Assembly: GCA_036170655.1 (NCBI GenBank)
Contig: JAVHPP010000072.1
Span: 1 to 45,159 of the forward strand
Source: Candidatus Zixiibacteriota bacterium
Lineage (GTDB): Bacteria; Zixibacteria; MSB-5A5; WJJR01
DNA: 45,159 nt
Reading direction: 5' to 3'
Shown in pieces: positions 1 through 7,452 of the stretch (positions within the stretch are counted from its first letter, which is position 1; every line of letters begins with the position of its first letter). The position numbers were made by a program, and so were the translations under genes. The notes under the pieces are model-generated. The model was given only the letters and a program-made list of their open reading frames with translations. It did not search any database and was not told the DNA's origin.

Positions 1-1
1 C

Positions 2-1234
2 ACCGGGCACGATTACTGGATCCGCTTCCGTATCGGCGACAACAGCGTTCAATATCCTTGGTCACTGCGCGATGTGACGACCGGAGCGGATGTAATCACC
101 GATCTGGCCAACCAGTCCGGAGACGACAACTATCCGATTGTGGACGGACTCATGGTCAAGGTGTGCGATGCACATCCCGGCGTGAAAGAATTCAAACTCC
201 AAAGCGGCAATGAACGATTCACCTGGCTGGGCGGGTCCGGAGACCTTCAATTCGAGGCATATGGCGGTTCGGTTGGGTGGATGAGCCCGGCTTATTTGTT
301 CGGCGGCCAGCCACAGCAGGGGATTCCTGTAACCGACCTCAAGAATGTCCTGATCAAACTCGCCACGACAACTCCGTGGGGAAATTTTGATGGGGCCGAT
401 CCAAATGTCTCCTACGCGTACCGGTATGGTCGGCGGTTCTGCGACCCGCCGGCGATGCTGAGTTTCGCACCGTTGATTATCAATTCCGCCAGTTGTGGGT
501 ATGCTTACCAGGACTTCAAGAAGAGTGTGCCGTTATCCGCGTGGGATATGGAATCCGATCCACCCCGTCGGTTGGCTGTCGGTTTCCTCGAGAACAATGT
601 CGCGGGTGGGACGGTAGATGGGACATGGTGGCCACCGATCTATTCGCTCGCCAGTAACGTGGCCGCGACAGGTCCGAGGGAATGGCTGTGGATATTCGGC
701 ACCGATTACTCGGAGACGCCGAATCCTGCTTTTCAGGTTGATGCAAATACGAGTCCGTTGCCGGTCATGTATTTCCTGACATTTGCCAGGAGAAACGGCG
801 CGGGGTTCGAGACGGGCGACGATTTCATCATCACACGCAACATCAACAACACCGATGCCGACGAATTCACGTTCACGTCCCCCCCGCCATCTGGCGATCA
901 CCCGCTGCCATGGGGAGTTTGCGCGCCCGTCAACTCGACCTCCTCCATTAGCGAGTTGAAGCGCATCGCCGCATACGTCCGTTCGGATTTCATGCAAGGA
1001 TCCTGTGCCTGCGCCTCGCACGGTGATCCCAAAATGGATGGGGTTTTCGACGTGTTGGACGTGGTGGCGATTATCGAACGTGTGCTGGGAGGCGGCGTGT
1101 GTGCGCAGGAAGCACTTTGTCCCGTGGAGCGGTGTGATTTCAATGCCGACGGCCACACCGACTTGGTGGATGTCACCGCGGGGATCGTTTATGCGTTCAG
1201 CGGCGGCCCCGCGCCGAGGAATCCGTGCCTGTAA
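2..1234 (+). CDS. Large secreted/surface protein with C-terminal Cys-rich dockerin-like domain (5'-truncated by window edge)
   Basis: Frame is open from position 2. The C-terminus has two EF-hand-like dockerin repeats (GDPKMDGVFDVLDV; CDFNADGHTDLVDV) and ends AFSGGPAPRNPC, closely paralogous to the C-terminus of 14891..15496. Confidence 0.75.
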   Translation, partial: TGHDYWIRFRIGDNSVQYPWSLRDVTTGADVITDLANQSGDDNYPIVDGLMVKVCDAHPGVKEFKLQSGNERFTWLGGSGDLQFEAYGGSVGWMSPAYLFGGQPQQGIPVTDLKNVLIKLATTTPWGNFDGADPNVSYAYRYGRRFCDPPAMLSFAPLIINSASCGYAYQDFKKSVPLSAWDMESDPPRRLAVGFLENNVAGGTVDGTWWPPIYSLASNVAATGPREWLWIFGTDYSETPNPAFQVDANTSPLPVMYFLTFARRNGAGFETGDDFIITRNINNTDADEFTFTSPPPSGDHPLPWGVCAPVNSTSSISELKRIAAYVRSDFMQGSCACASHGDPKMDGVFDVLDVVAIIERVLGGGVCAQEALCPVERCDFNADGHTDLVDVTAGIVYAFSGGPAPRNPCL

Positions 1235-1288
1235 ACACCCTCCGCCGATTGCACAAGATTGTGATTGTTTCTTCGGTGGCGCGATAAG

Positions 1289-1374
1289 GCCCCCTATCAG
1301 GGCTGATGGAGTTTCCCGTGCCTCGTTTCCCAGGGCTTCGCCCTGGGCTGAGATAGAATGCCCCTTTCAGGGGC
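1289..1374. repeat. REP-like composite palindromic element (CCC..TCAGGG family)
   Basis: gcccctatcagggc ... cccagggc-ttc-gccctggg ... gcccctttcaggggc: three short palindromes between convergent genes. Confidence 0.55.
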
Positions 1375-1468
1375 AATAGAAAGCGCCCACAAGGGGCTAT
1401 GCTCCATAGTCCTCATCCTCGTGCCATCCGCTTCAGGGACTGACAACGCGTCCTTGGCGCTCGGAAAT

Positions 1469-2221
1469 CTACACCACCCGCCACGCGCGCATCTTGGCGA
1501 GCAGCGCTTCGTCGGTCATGTCGATGTTGAGAGGGGTGATGGAAACGAGGCCGCGGCCGACGGCGCCGGCGTCGGTTTCGATGGTGCGCTCCCAGGTGGG
1601 TTCGCCACCGATCCAGAAGTAACTCTTGCCGCGCGGGTCGGTGTTGGTCGAAATGATGTCTTTGTAGACGCGCTTTCCCAGACGGGTGATCTGGTACTGT
1701 TTGTAGCCGCCTCGCGGCATCTTGGGAAAGTTGATATTCAGAAGCGTGTTCAGCGGCATCTGTCCGTGTGTCTTTGTGATTAGCCGGCGGATGAAGCGCG
1801 CGGCGGACAGAAATGAGCGCCCTTCAATATCCGCCACAGTCATGGACGCCGCAATGGCGGGGACACCCATGATCGTCCCCTCGATTGCCGCCGCCACGGT
1901 GCCGGAGTAGGTCACATCCTCACCCATATTAGCGCCGTGGTTGAGACCGGAGACCACCAGTTGCGGCGGGTGGTGTCTCTGGAGCTTGTGGAACGCGAGC
2001 GTTACGCAATCGGTCGGCGTGCCATCGACCGAATAGACACCGTCGCCATGATTCTTGATGCGCAGCGGACGGTTGAGCGTCAGCGAGTGACTGACTGAGG
2101 ATTGGTCGGAGTCGGGCGCAATCACGGTTAAATCGCCGATGCGGCGCAGTTCGCGCGCCAGCGCTTTCAGCCCGGCGGCGTGGACGCCGTCATCGTTGGA
2201 AAGAAGGATGCGTAGTGGCAT
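1469..2221 (-). CDS. surE: 5'/3'-nucleotidase SurE
   Basis: RILLSNDDG, SHSLT, VDGTPTDCV, SGLNHGANMG, YSGTVAAAIEG motifs. Start trimmed to MPLRILL. Confidence 0.96.
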   Translation of the reverse strand: MPLRILLSNDDGVHAAGLKALARELRRIGDLTVIAPDSDQSSVSHSLTLNRPLRIKNHGDGVYSVDGTPTDCVTLAFHKLQRHHPPQLVVSGLNHGANMGEDVTYSGTVAAAIEGTIMGVPAIAASMTVADIEGRSFLSAARFIRRLITKTHGQMPLNTLLNINFPKMPRGGYKQYQITRLGKRVYKDIISTNTDPRGKSYFWIGGEPTWERTIETDAGAVGRGLVSITPLNIDMTDEALLAKMRAWRVV

Positions 2222-2318
2222 GGGTCTGGTTCTGTCTGGTCGCGCGACACGGGGTGGCCGCACTCATGGTTGTGATCGCATACCGAAAGGCGGACTCTTC
2301 GCGGTCAGATTCCTGATT

Positions 2319-2344
2319 GCGCAGACAGGAGTGTCCGCGCCACC
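2319..2344 (-). repeat. REP-like palindrome (GGTGGCGCGGACACTCCTGTCTGCGC)
   Basis: Imperfect hairpin gcgcagaca-ggag-tgtccgcgc in intergenic DNA. Confidence 0.45.
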
Positions 2345-2393
2345 GCGTCATACGAACTTCGATCGCGGTTGGCCTGTTGAAGCACCTACGAAT

Positions 2394-2468
2394 CGTCCTT
2401 CCCGCGAAAGCGGGAATCCATTGTCTCCTGCGTCCCTCGCAGTGGCCCCCCCTTTCACGGGGGTGACA
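2394..2468. repeat. Inverted pair of TTCCCGCGAAAGCGGGAATCCA-type palindromes
   Basis: cgtccttcccgcgaaagcgggaatcca ... tggccccccctttcacgggggtgaca, resembling the widespread GTCATTCCCGCGAAAGCGGGAATCCA miniature repeat family. Confidence 0.6.
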
Positions 2469-2546
2469 TCTTGAAGGGCGGGCGTGGCATCTTGAAAGGC
2501 GTGCTGACATCTTGAGAGGCACGGGTGGCCTCTTCAAGGGTTGGCC
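2464..2546. repeat. Degenerate ~21-bp tandem repeat, 4 units
   Basis: Core catcttga at 2467, 2488 and 2508, and cctcttca at 2529 (spacings 21, 20, 21). Confidence 0.6.
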
Positions 2547-2607
2547 GCTCGTTCGGTCCTTCAACGCTCCCCCCGGTGAAGAGCGCTGTGTATCTGGCAC
2601 GTGGCCA

Positions 2608-3342
2608 TCACTGCGCTTTTGAAAAGTTCTCGCCCACGGCGTTCCAGTTGACAACGTTCCACCACGCTGCAATATAGTCGGCGCGCCGGTTTTGATATTT
2701 CAGATAGTACGCATGTTCCCAGACATCGAGGCCCAGCAATTGCGCTGCTCCCCAGTGCGCCATCTTCTGCTGGTTTTCGATCTGGCCGATCACGAGCCGT
2801 TTGTCCAGCGGGCGATAATGCAGGATCGCCCAGCCGCCACCCTCAACTTTCGCCGCGGCCTCGCTGAACTGCTTCTTGAATACCTCAAATGAACCGAAGT
2901 CTTCTTTGATCTTGCCAGCCAGCGGTCCGCCCGGCTCACCGCCGGAACCGGGCGCCATGACCGACCAGAACAACGTGTGCAGGAAATGACCACCGTAGTT
3001 GAACGCCAGCGACCGCGACCAGTGCTGAATCAACGCGAAGTCACCGGCGCCACGGACTTTGGCCAGTTCCAGTTCCGCCTTGTTCAAGCCGTCGACATAC
3101 GCCTGATGGTGCTTGCTGTGATGCAGCTCCATGGTGCGCGCGTCGATGTGCGGTTCGAGAGCATCGTACGCGTACGCCAGCTTGGGCAATTCGTGCTTTG
3201 TCAGCGCCCCAAGCGGTTTGCTTTCGACAGGGGCGGCGCCACCCTGTCCCTGAGCGAGAGTGGTCAACGGCGCTGCCAGCAAAGCGCCGGACACAACTGT
3301 CCCGGAGGCCTGCTTGAGAAAACTTCTGCGTGTTTCGTTCAT
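2608..3342 (-). CDS. sodA: Fe/Mn superoxide dismutase with twin-arginine signal peptide (probably Mn-type)
   Basis: LPKLAYAYDALEPHID, HHSKHHQAYV, NYGGHFLH, DVWEHAYYLKYQN. N-terminal TRRSFLK Tat motif. RBS GAGGAGG. Confidence 0.92.
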   Translation of the reverse strand: MNETRRSFLKQASGTVVSGALLAAPLTTLAQGQGGAAPVESKPLGALTKHELPKLAYAYDALEPHIDARTMELHHSKHHQAYVDGLNKAELELAKVRGAGDFALIQHWSRSLAFNYGGHFLHTLFWSVMAPGSGGEPGGPLAGKIKEDFGSFEVFKKQFSEAAAKVEGGGWAILHYRPLDKRLVIGQIENQQKMAHWGAAQLLGLDVWEHAYYLKYQNRRADYIAAWWNVVNWNAVGENFSKAQ

Positions 3343-3443
3343 TTCATCCTCCTCTGATGACTCCGTGATTGATCGTTCCCTGATTCCGATGGTACGTCAT
3401 TCGCTGACCTCAAGTTGTGAATTCGTGCAGAAGTGCGCAGACA

Positions 3444-4115
3444 TCATGTCCTACGCCAGAACTTTGTCATCAGCATCACGAAGTGCACCGTGTCGCGCCA
3501 AGGGCGGATGAATGATGACTCGCCATGATACACGGTGGACACGGGCACGGTTCCGACCGTGAAACCAGCGCGGATCGTCAGGATGAGAAACTCGGATTCG
3601 TAGTCGAACTTGCCGGCCTGAGGGTGAATTGTCTCGAGGACGCGTCGTCCGATCAAACGGTATCCCGATTGGGAATCGGACACCAGTGTCCCTGTGAGAC
3701 GGGTGATCGCCCATGATGTCACACGGTTGGTCATGCGCCGATGAAATGGCATCGCGCCGGCGTGGAAGTCACGCGTGCCAATTAGGACGTCTCCCCGGTC
3801 GGCTTCGAACGCTGCAAAGAACTGCGGCAGATACTCCGGCTCGTGCTGCAAATCGGCATCGAGCTGAACAACAGCATCGACGGGCTCTTTCAAGATTTCC
3901 GCGAAACCGGTTTTCAATGCCTCTCCCTTGCCACGGTTGTACGCATGACAGACATGGCGTATCCCAAGCCGTTGCAGGGTCTGCCCTGTGTCATCGGTCG
4001 AGCCATCATCGACGGCCAAGACCGTCACGCCGGGGGCGGACCGCTGGAGGCGTGCGTCAAGTTCGGGGAGTGCCGCAGCCGCGTTGTAGACAGGTATGAC
4101 GATGGCATAGACCAT
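3444..4115 (-). CDS. GT2 family glycosyltransferase (DPM1-like)
   Basis: IVIPVYN, VDDGSTD, NRGKGEAL, LDADLQH, DSQSGYR. Start trimmed because the longer ORF overlaps tRNA-Pro. Confidence 0.92.
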   Translation of the reverse strand: MVYAIVIPVYNAAAALPELDARLQRSAPGVTVLAVDDGSTDDTGQTLQRLGIRHVCHAYNRGKGEALKTGFAEILKEPVDAVVQLDADLQHEPEYLPQFFAAFEADRGDVLIGTRDFHAGAMPFHRRMTNRVTSWAITRLTGTLVSDSQSGYRLIGRRVLETIHPQAGKFDYESEFLILTIRAGFTVGTVPVSTVYHGESSFIRPWRDTVHFVMLMTKFWRRT

Positions 4116-4204
4116 GGCGCGAGAGAGATCATACCATCCCAGATGAAGAAAAGACGGCCGCCACCGTCGCGTCATGCCCCTCATGGCATGGAATCCGCTG
4201 ATCA

Positions 4205-4281
4205 TGGTCGGGGCGAGCCGATTTGAACGGCCGACCACTCGCACCCCAAGCGAGTGCGCTACCAGGCTGCGCTACGCCCCG
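4205..4281 (-). tRNA. tRNA-Pro(GGG)
   Basis: cggggcgtagcgcagcctggtagcgca-ctcgc tt GGG gt gcgag-tggtcggccgttcaaatcggctcgccccgaCCA; 77-nt cloverleaf. Confidence 0.97.
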
Positions 4282-4288
4282 ACAATAT

Positions 4289-4370
4289 CGTAGGGTGGGT
4301 GCTCTGCACCCACCATGTATGCGGAAGATTCTCCATCAGGTTCTGGTGGGTGCAGAGCGCCCACCCTACG
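4289..4370. repeat. Inverted pair of GTAG-type REP elements
   Basis: cgtagggtgggtgctctgcacccacca (4289-4315) and its near-perfect inverse (4344-4370). The right-hand GTAG contains the merR TAG stop. Confidence 0.8.
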
Positions 4371-4761
4371 GTAGCAGGGCCACGATCGCCTCCAGATCCT
4401 TGCGGATGTCGCCGAGCATCTGTCTGGTCTTGAGCGATTCTGGCAACTCGGCATCGCCGCCCATCTCCATGCGCAGGCGGGTCCGGGCGCCCTCGATGGT
4501 GTACCCTTCTTTGTAGAGCAGATGCTTGATCCGCATCACGGCTTCGATGTCCTTGCGCTGGTAGGTGCGCTTTCCCGCCCGGTTCTTTTTCGGGTGGAGC
4601 ATGGGGAACTCTTTTTCCCAGAAGCGCAGGACATACGGCTTCAGTTGCGTCTCCTCCGATACCTCCGCAATCGAATAGTACATGCGCTCGGGCGCCCGCT
4701 TCAGCTTAAGCCGTGGCAGGCCCGACCCCTGAACTTCATTGTCATTGGCACCGTCTGTCAT
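4366..4761 (-). CDS. MerR-family HTH transcriptional regulator
   Basis: [40 protein letters not shown]...[13 protein letters not shown], typical of the MerR-like gene next to tRNA-Pro(GGG). Confidence 0.92.
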   Translation of the reverse strand: MTDGANDNEVQGSGLPRLKLKRAPERMYYSIAEVSEETQLKPYVLRFWEKEFPMLHPKKNRAGKRTYQRKDIEAVMRIKHLLYKEGYTIEGARTRLRMEMGGDAELPESLKTRQMLGDIRKDLEAIVALLP

Positions 4762-4767
4762 GGAACA

Positions 4768-4795
4768 AAGATACACAACTTCGGGAAGAATCCAA
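4768..4795 (-). promoter_or_regulatory. Putative sigma70 promoter for merR (possibly leaderless mRNA)
   Basis: TTGGAT-N16-TATCTT with TG extension; ATG lies 6 nt after the -10 box. Confidence 0.4.
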
Positions 4796-4858
4796 ATGCG
4801 AAGTGCAGACGCGCCATTTCTCAGCTTTAAGAGAAAGCGCCGCTTTCCAGAACCCGTC

Positions 4859-5881
4859 TCAGCGTCGTATCTCGGGCTGAGGCGGCCTGGTCATCAGATC
4901 CGCAAGGGCATCGGCTGGAGGCCGGCCAGCAAAGAGCACCGATGCGACCGAGCGCGTGATCGGCATCTCAACTTGGTAACGTTCTGCGAGACGGAGCGCG
5001 GCCTTGGTCGTATTCACGCCTTCGGCGACCATGGACATGGTGGTGAGAATGTCATCAAGCGAACGGCCCCGCCCGATCTGTTCTCCAACGTAACGGTTCC
5101 GTGAGTGTCTGGACAGGCAGGTGGTCACGAGATCACCGACACCCGAAAGTCCGGCGAATGTTTCGGCACGAGCGCCCATCTTGACACCGAGACGAGTGAT
5201 CTCGGCAAGGCCTCGTGTCACCAAGGCGCCCTTGAGGTTATCTGCCGTCTCATAACTTAATCCATCAACGATTCCCGCCGCGATGGCGACAATGTTTTTC
5301 AAGGCCGCGGAGAGTTCCACACCAATGGGGTCGTCGCTTGTGTAAACGCGAAACCGTTCGGTGGAGAACAAGGTCTGCGCCCGTTGCGCTTCATTCTGGT
5401 CGCAGCACGCAGCGACGACCGCGGTGGGGACTCCACGGGCCACCTCCTCGGCATGAGATGGTCCAACCAAAGCCACAACAGGATGGCCGGCAAGTTCTTC
5501 GGAGATGATCTCGGTCATTCGCAAGCCCGTTTCGATTTCGATCCCCTTGGTTAGGCTGACCACCAGGGAACGAGTCGAAATGTGAGGAGCAGCCTTGGCT
5601 GCTGTTACCCTCACGGCTGAAGAGGGAGTCACAAAGACAACAGCGCTGGCGTCATCGAGCGCCATCTGCAGATCACTTGTTACTTTAATTGAGTTCCGTA
5701 ACTCTATGCCCGGCAATTTGTCAAGCAGGACACGTGTTTCCGCGAGGCGGACGGCGGCCGCATTGTCGAACTCCCACAATCGAACTTGATGGCCGGCTTG
5801 ATCGAGCAACCCAGCGGCAGCCATCCCCCAGCTGCCTGCACCCAAGACCGCGACCGACTGTAATATGCCATGCTCGACCAT
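4859..5881 (-). CDS. gpsA: NAD(P)H-dependent glycerol-3-phosphate dehydrogenase
   Basis: VLGAGSWG, TKGIE, GPSHAEEV, ALKNIVAIAAG, GLSGVGDLVTTC, SRNR, VAEGV. Confidence 0.97.
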   Translation of the reverse strand: MVEHGILQSVAVLGAGSWGMAAAGLLDQAGHQVRLWEFDNAAAVRLAETRVLLDKLPGIELRNSIKVTSDLQMALDDASAVVFVTPSSAVRVTAAKAAPHISTRSLVVSLTKGIEIETGLRMTEIISEELAGHPVVALVGPSHAEEVARGVPTAVVAACCDQNEAQRAQTLFSTERFRVYTSDDPIGVELSAALKNIVAIAAGIVDGLSYETADNLKGALVTRGLAEITRLGVKMGARAETFAGLSGVGDLVTTCLSRHSRNRYVGEQIGRGRSLDDILTTMSMVAEGVNTTKAALRLAERYQVEMPITRSVASVLFAGRPPADALADLMTRPPQPEIRR

Positions 5882-6021
5882 ACCATCAAACTGCCTTGCG
5901 TAACGGCCACCCGCAAGCGGAATCGTGTACGCCCGACCAACGCGAACCCGGCTGCGAACATTCTCACTTCAGAACGGTTTAAGCAGTGGTGTACTCCGTC
6001 TACAAGCTCCATCTTGGAGAA

Positions 6022-6729
6022 ATGATCGTTCTGGTTCTACTCATTGCTATGCTGCTGTCTGCCCCGCCCACTTGGGGTAGAGAACTTCCGCTTGCACCTG
6101 CGAGCACACGGTCAGACACGGGAAAGCAGATCCCGGAGACAGTAATCCGTACACTGATGATTGGGGGCGCCCTGACGGCGTTGTCAACACGTTACGACCA
6201 GCAGGTTCGTGAACCGGTCACGCGCCACAAGTTGCTCGAATTCGGTGCCGTGGACATCGGCGATCTCTATGGGAACGGCGCTGTACTCGGGGTTCTGTCT
6301 CTTGGTACATGGGGATTCGGCCAGATTGCGGGACATCATGAACTGCAAAAGTCCGGACAGATGATGGCCGAGGCACTTGCGATCGATTTTTCGCTGACCA
6401 CCGTCATCAAGTTTGCTGTGGGACGCGAGCGGCCCGATCACTCGGATCACCGCTCATTCCCTTCGGGACATACCTCCGGTGCTTTCACGATCTCGACCGT
6501 TCTGGCACGACGATATGGATGGCGCGCCGCACTTCCGCTTTTTGCGCTGGCCTCGGCGACCGCGTATGACCGTATCGAAGACCGCAAGCACTTCCTCTCC
6601 GACGTCGTGGGAGCGGCCACGCTGGGTATTGCTGCCGGCTTTTTTGTATCCCGTCCCGAACAGAAATCAGAATCCAAGATCGTCCTGGCGGCAGGACTGT
6701 CGAGTATCGGAATCGCAGCGCGGTTCTAA
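6022..6729 (+). CDS. PAP2-family phosphatase with signal peptide
   Basis: KFAVGRERP, SFPSGH, RIEDRKHFLSDV motifs; GGAGA RBS before ATG 6022. Confidence 0.9.
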   Translation: MIVLVLLIAMLLSAPPTWGRELPLAPASTRSDTGKQIPETVIRTLMIGGALTALSTRYDQQVREPVTRHKLLEFGAVDIGDLYGNGAVLGVLSLGTWGFGQIAGHHELQKSGQMMAEALAIDFSLTTVIKFAVGRERPDHSDHRSFPSGHTSGAFTISTVLARRYGWRAALPLFALASATAYDRIEDRKHFLSDVVGAATLGIAAGFFVSRPEQKSESKIVLAAGLSSIGIAARF

Positions 6730-6744
6730 TCACCGACGACCGAC

Positions 6745-7386
6745 TCACGGACGACGGTCATTCGCATGTTTGCCGAATCGTGCTTCCTGTCCCTTGAGAA
6801 TCCGTCTGATATTGGACCGATGGGTGGCAAATACCAGTACGGTCATCGCCGAGGTGGCAAGCACGAGTGGTGTCGTGATCGGTGCGTCCATGACAAAGCG
6901 ACGGATGAGCACCGCCACGAGAAGCGTGAGCGCGGCTAGCAGGGAAGCAGCGGACACGATTCGCGTCATTCCAAACACAATGCCCCAGACGACAACGGCG
7001 ATAGCCAGTTCATTCGGCAAGAGAACGATGAACCCTCCTGCCGCCGTGAGGACGCCCTTGCCCCCCTTGAACCCTGCGAACACGGGATAAAGATGGCCGA
7101 CGATCGCAGCCGCGCCCAGAATCAGACGCGCATCAGGAATCGCCAGATGGGCACCCGGCGCGGCGAGCGGCCCCAACCAGAAGACGGGCGCGAATCCCTT
7201 CGCGACATCGATCACGCCGACGAGTATCCCCCAAGGCACGCCAACCACGCGCGCCACGTTGGCGGCGCCGGTATTCCCGGAACCGTGGTCACGAATGTCG
7301 ATGCCACGGACCAGGCGCGCGATCCACACACCCGCCGGAACGGAACCGGAGAGGTAGGCGAGAACGATGGCGAGGATGAGAATCAT
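6745..7386 (-). CDS. plsY: Glycerol-3-phosphate acyltransferase PlsY
   Basis: YLSGSVP, DIRDHGSGNTGAANVAR, GHLYPVFAGFKGGKGV, HRSNIRRI. Confidence 0.96.
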   Translation of the reverse strand: MILILAIVLAYLSGSVPAGVWIARLVRGIDIRDHGSGNTGAANVARVVGVPWGILVGVIDVAKGFAPVFWLGPLAAPGAHLAIPDARLILGAAAIVGHLYPVFAGFKGGKGVLTAAGGFIVLLPNELAIAVVVWGIVFGMTRIVSAASLLAALTLLVAVLIRRFVMDAPITTPLVLATSAMTVLVFATHRSNIRRILKGQEARFGKHANDRRP

Positions 7387-7427
7387 GGGAGTGCACCGCG
7401 AACGTGTGCCTCACCCGACGAGAAAAA

Positions 7428-7452
7428 CGGACACGGCAAGCCGTGCCCCTAC
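7428..7452 (-). repeat. GTAG-type REP element overlapping the leuS stop codon
   Basis: gTAGgggcacggcttgccgtgtccg, 24/25 identical to 12256-12280. Confidence 0.8.

Noticed and set aside
3391..3420. ECF-type promoter (AAC-N17-CGT) upstream of the SOD gene
   Set aside because: The motif is too short to distinguish from chance without comparative data.
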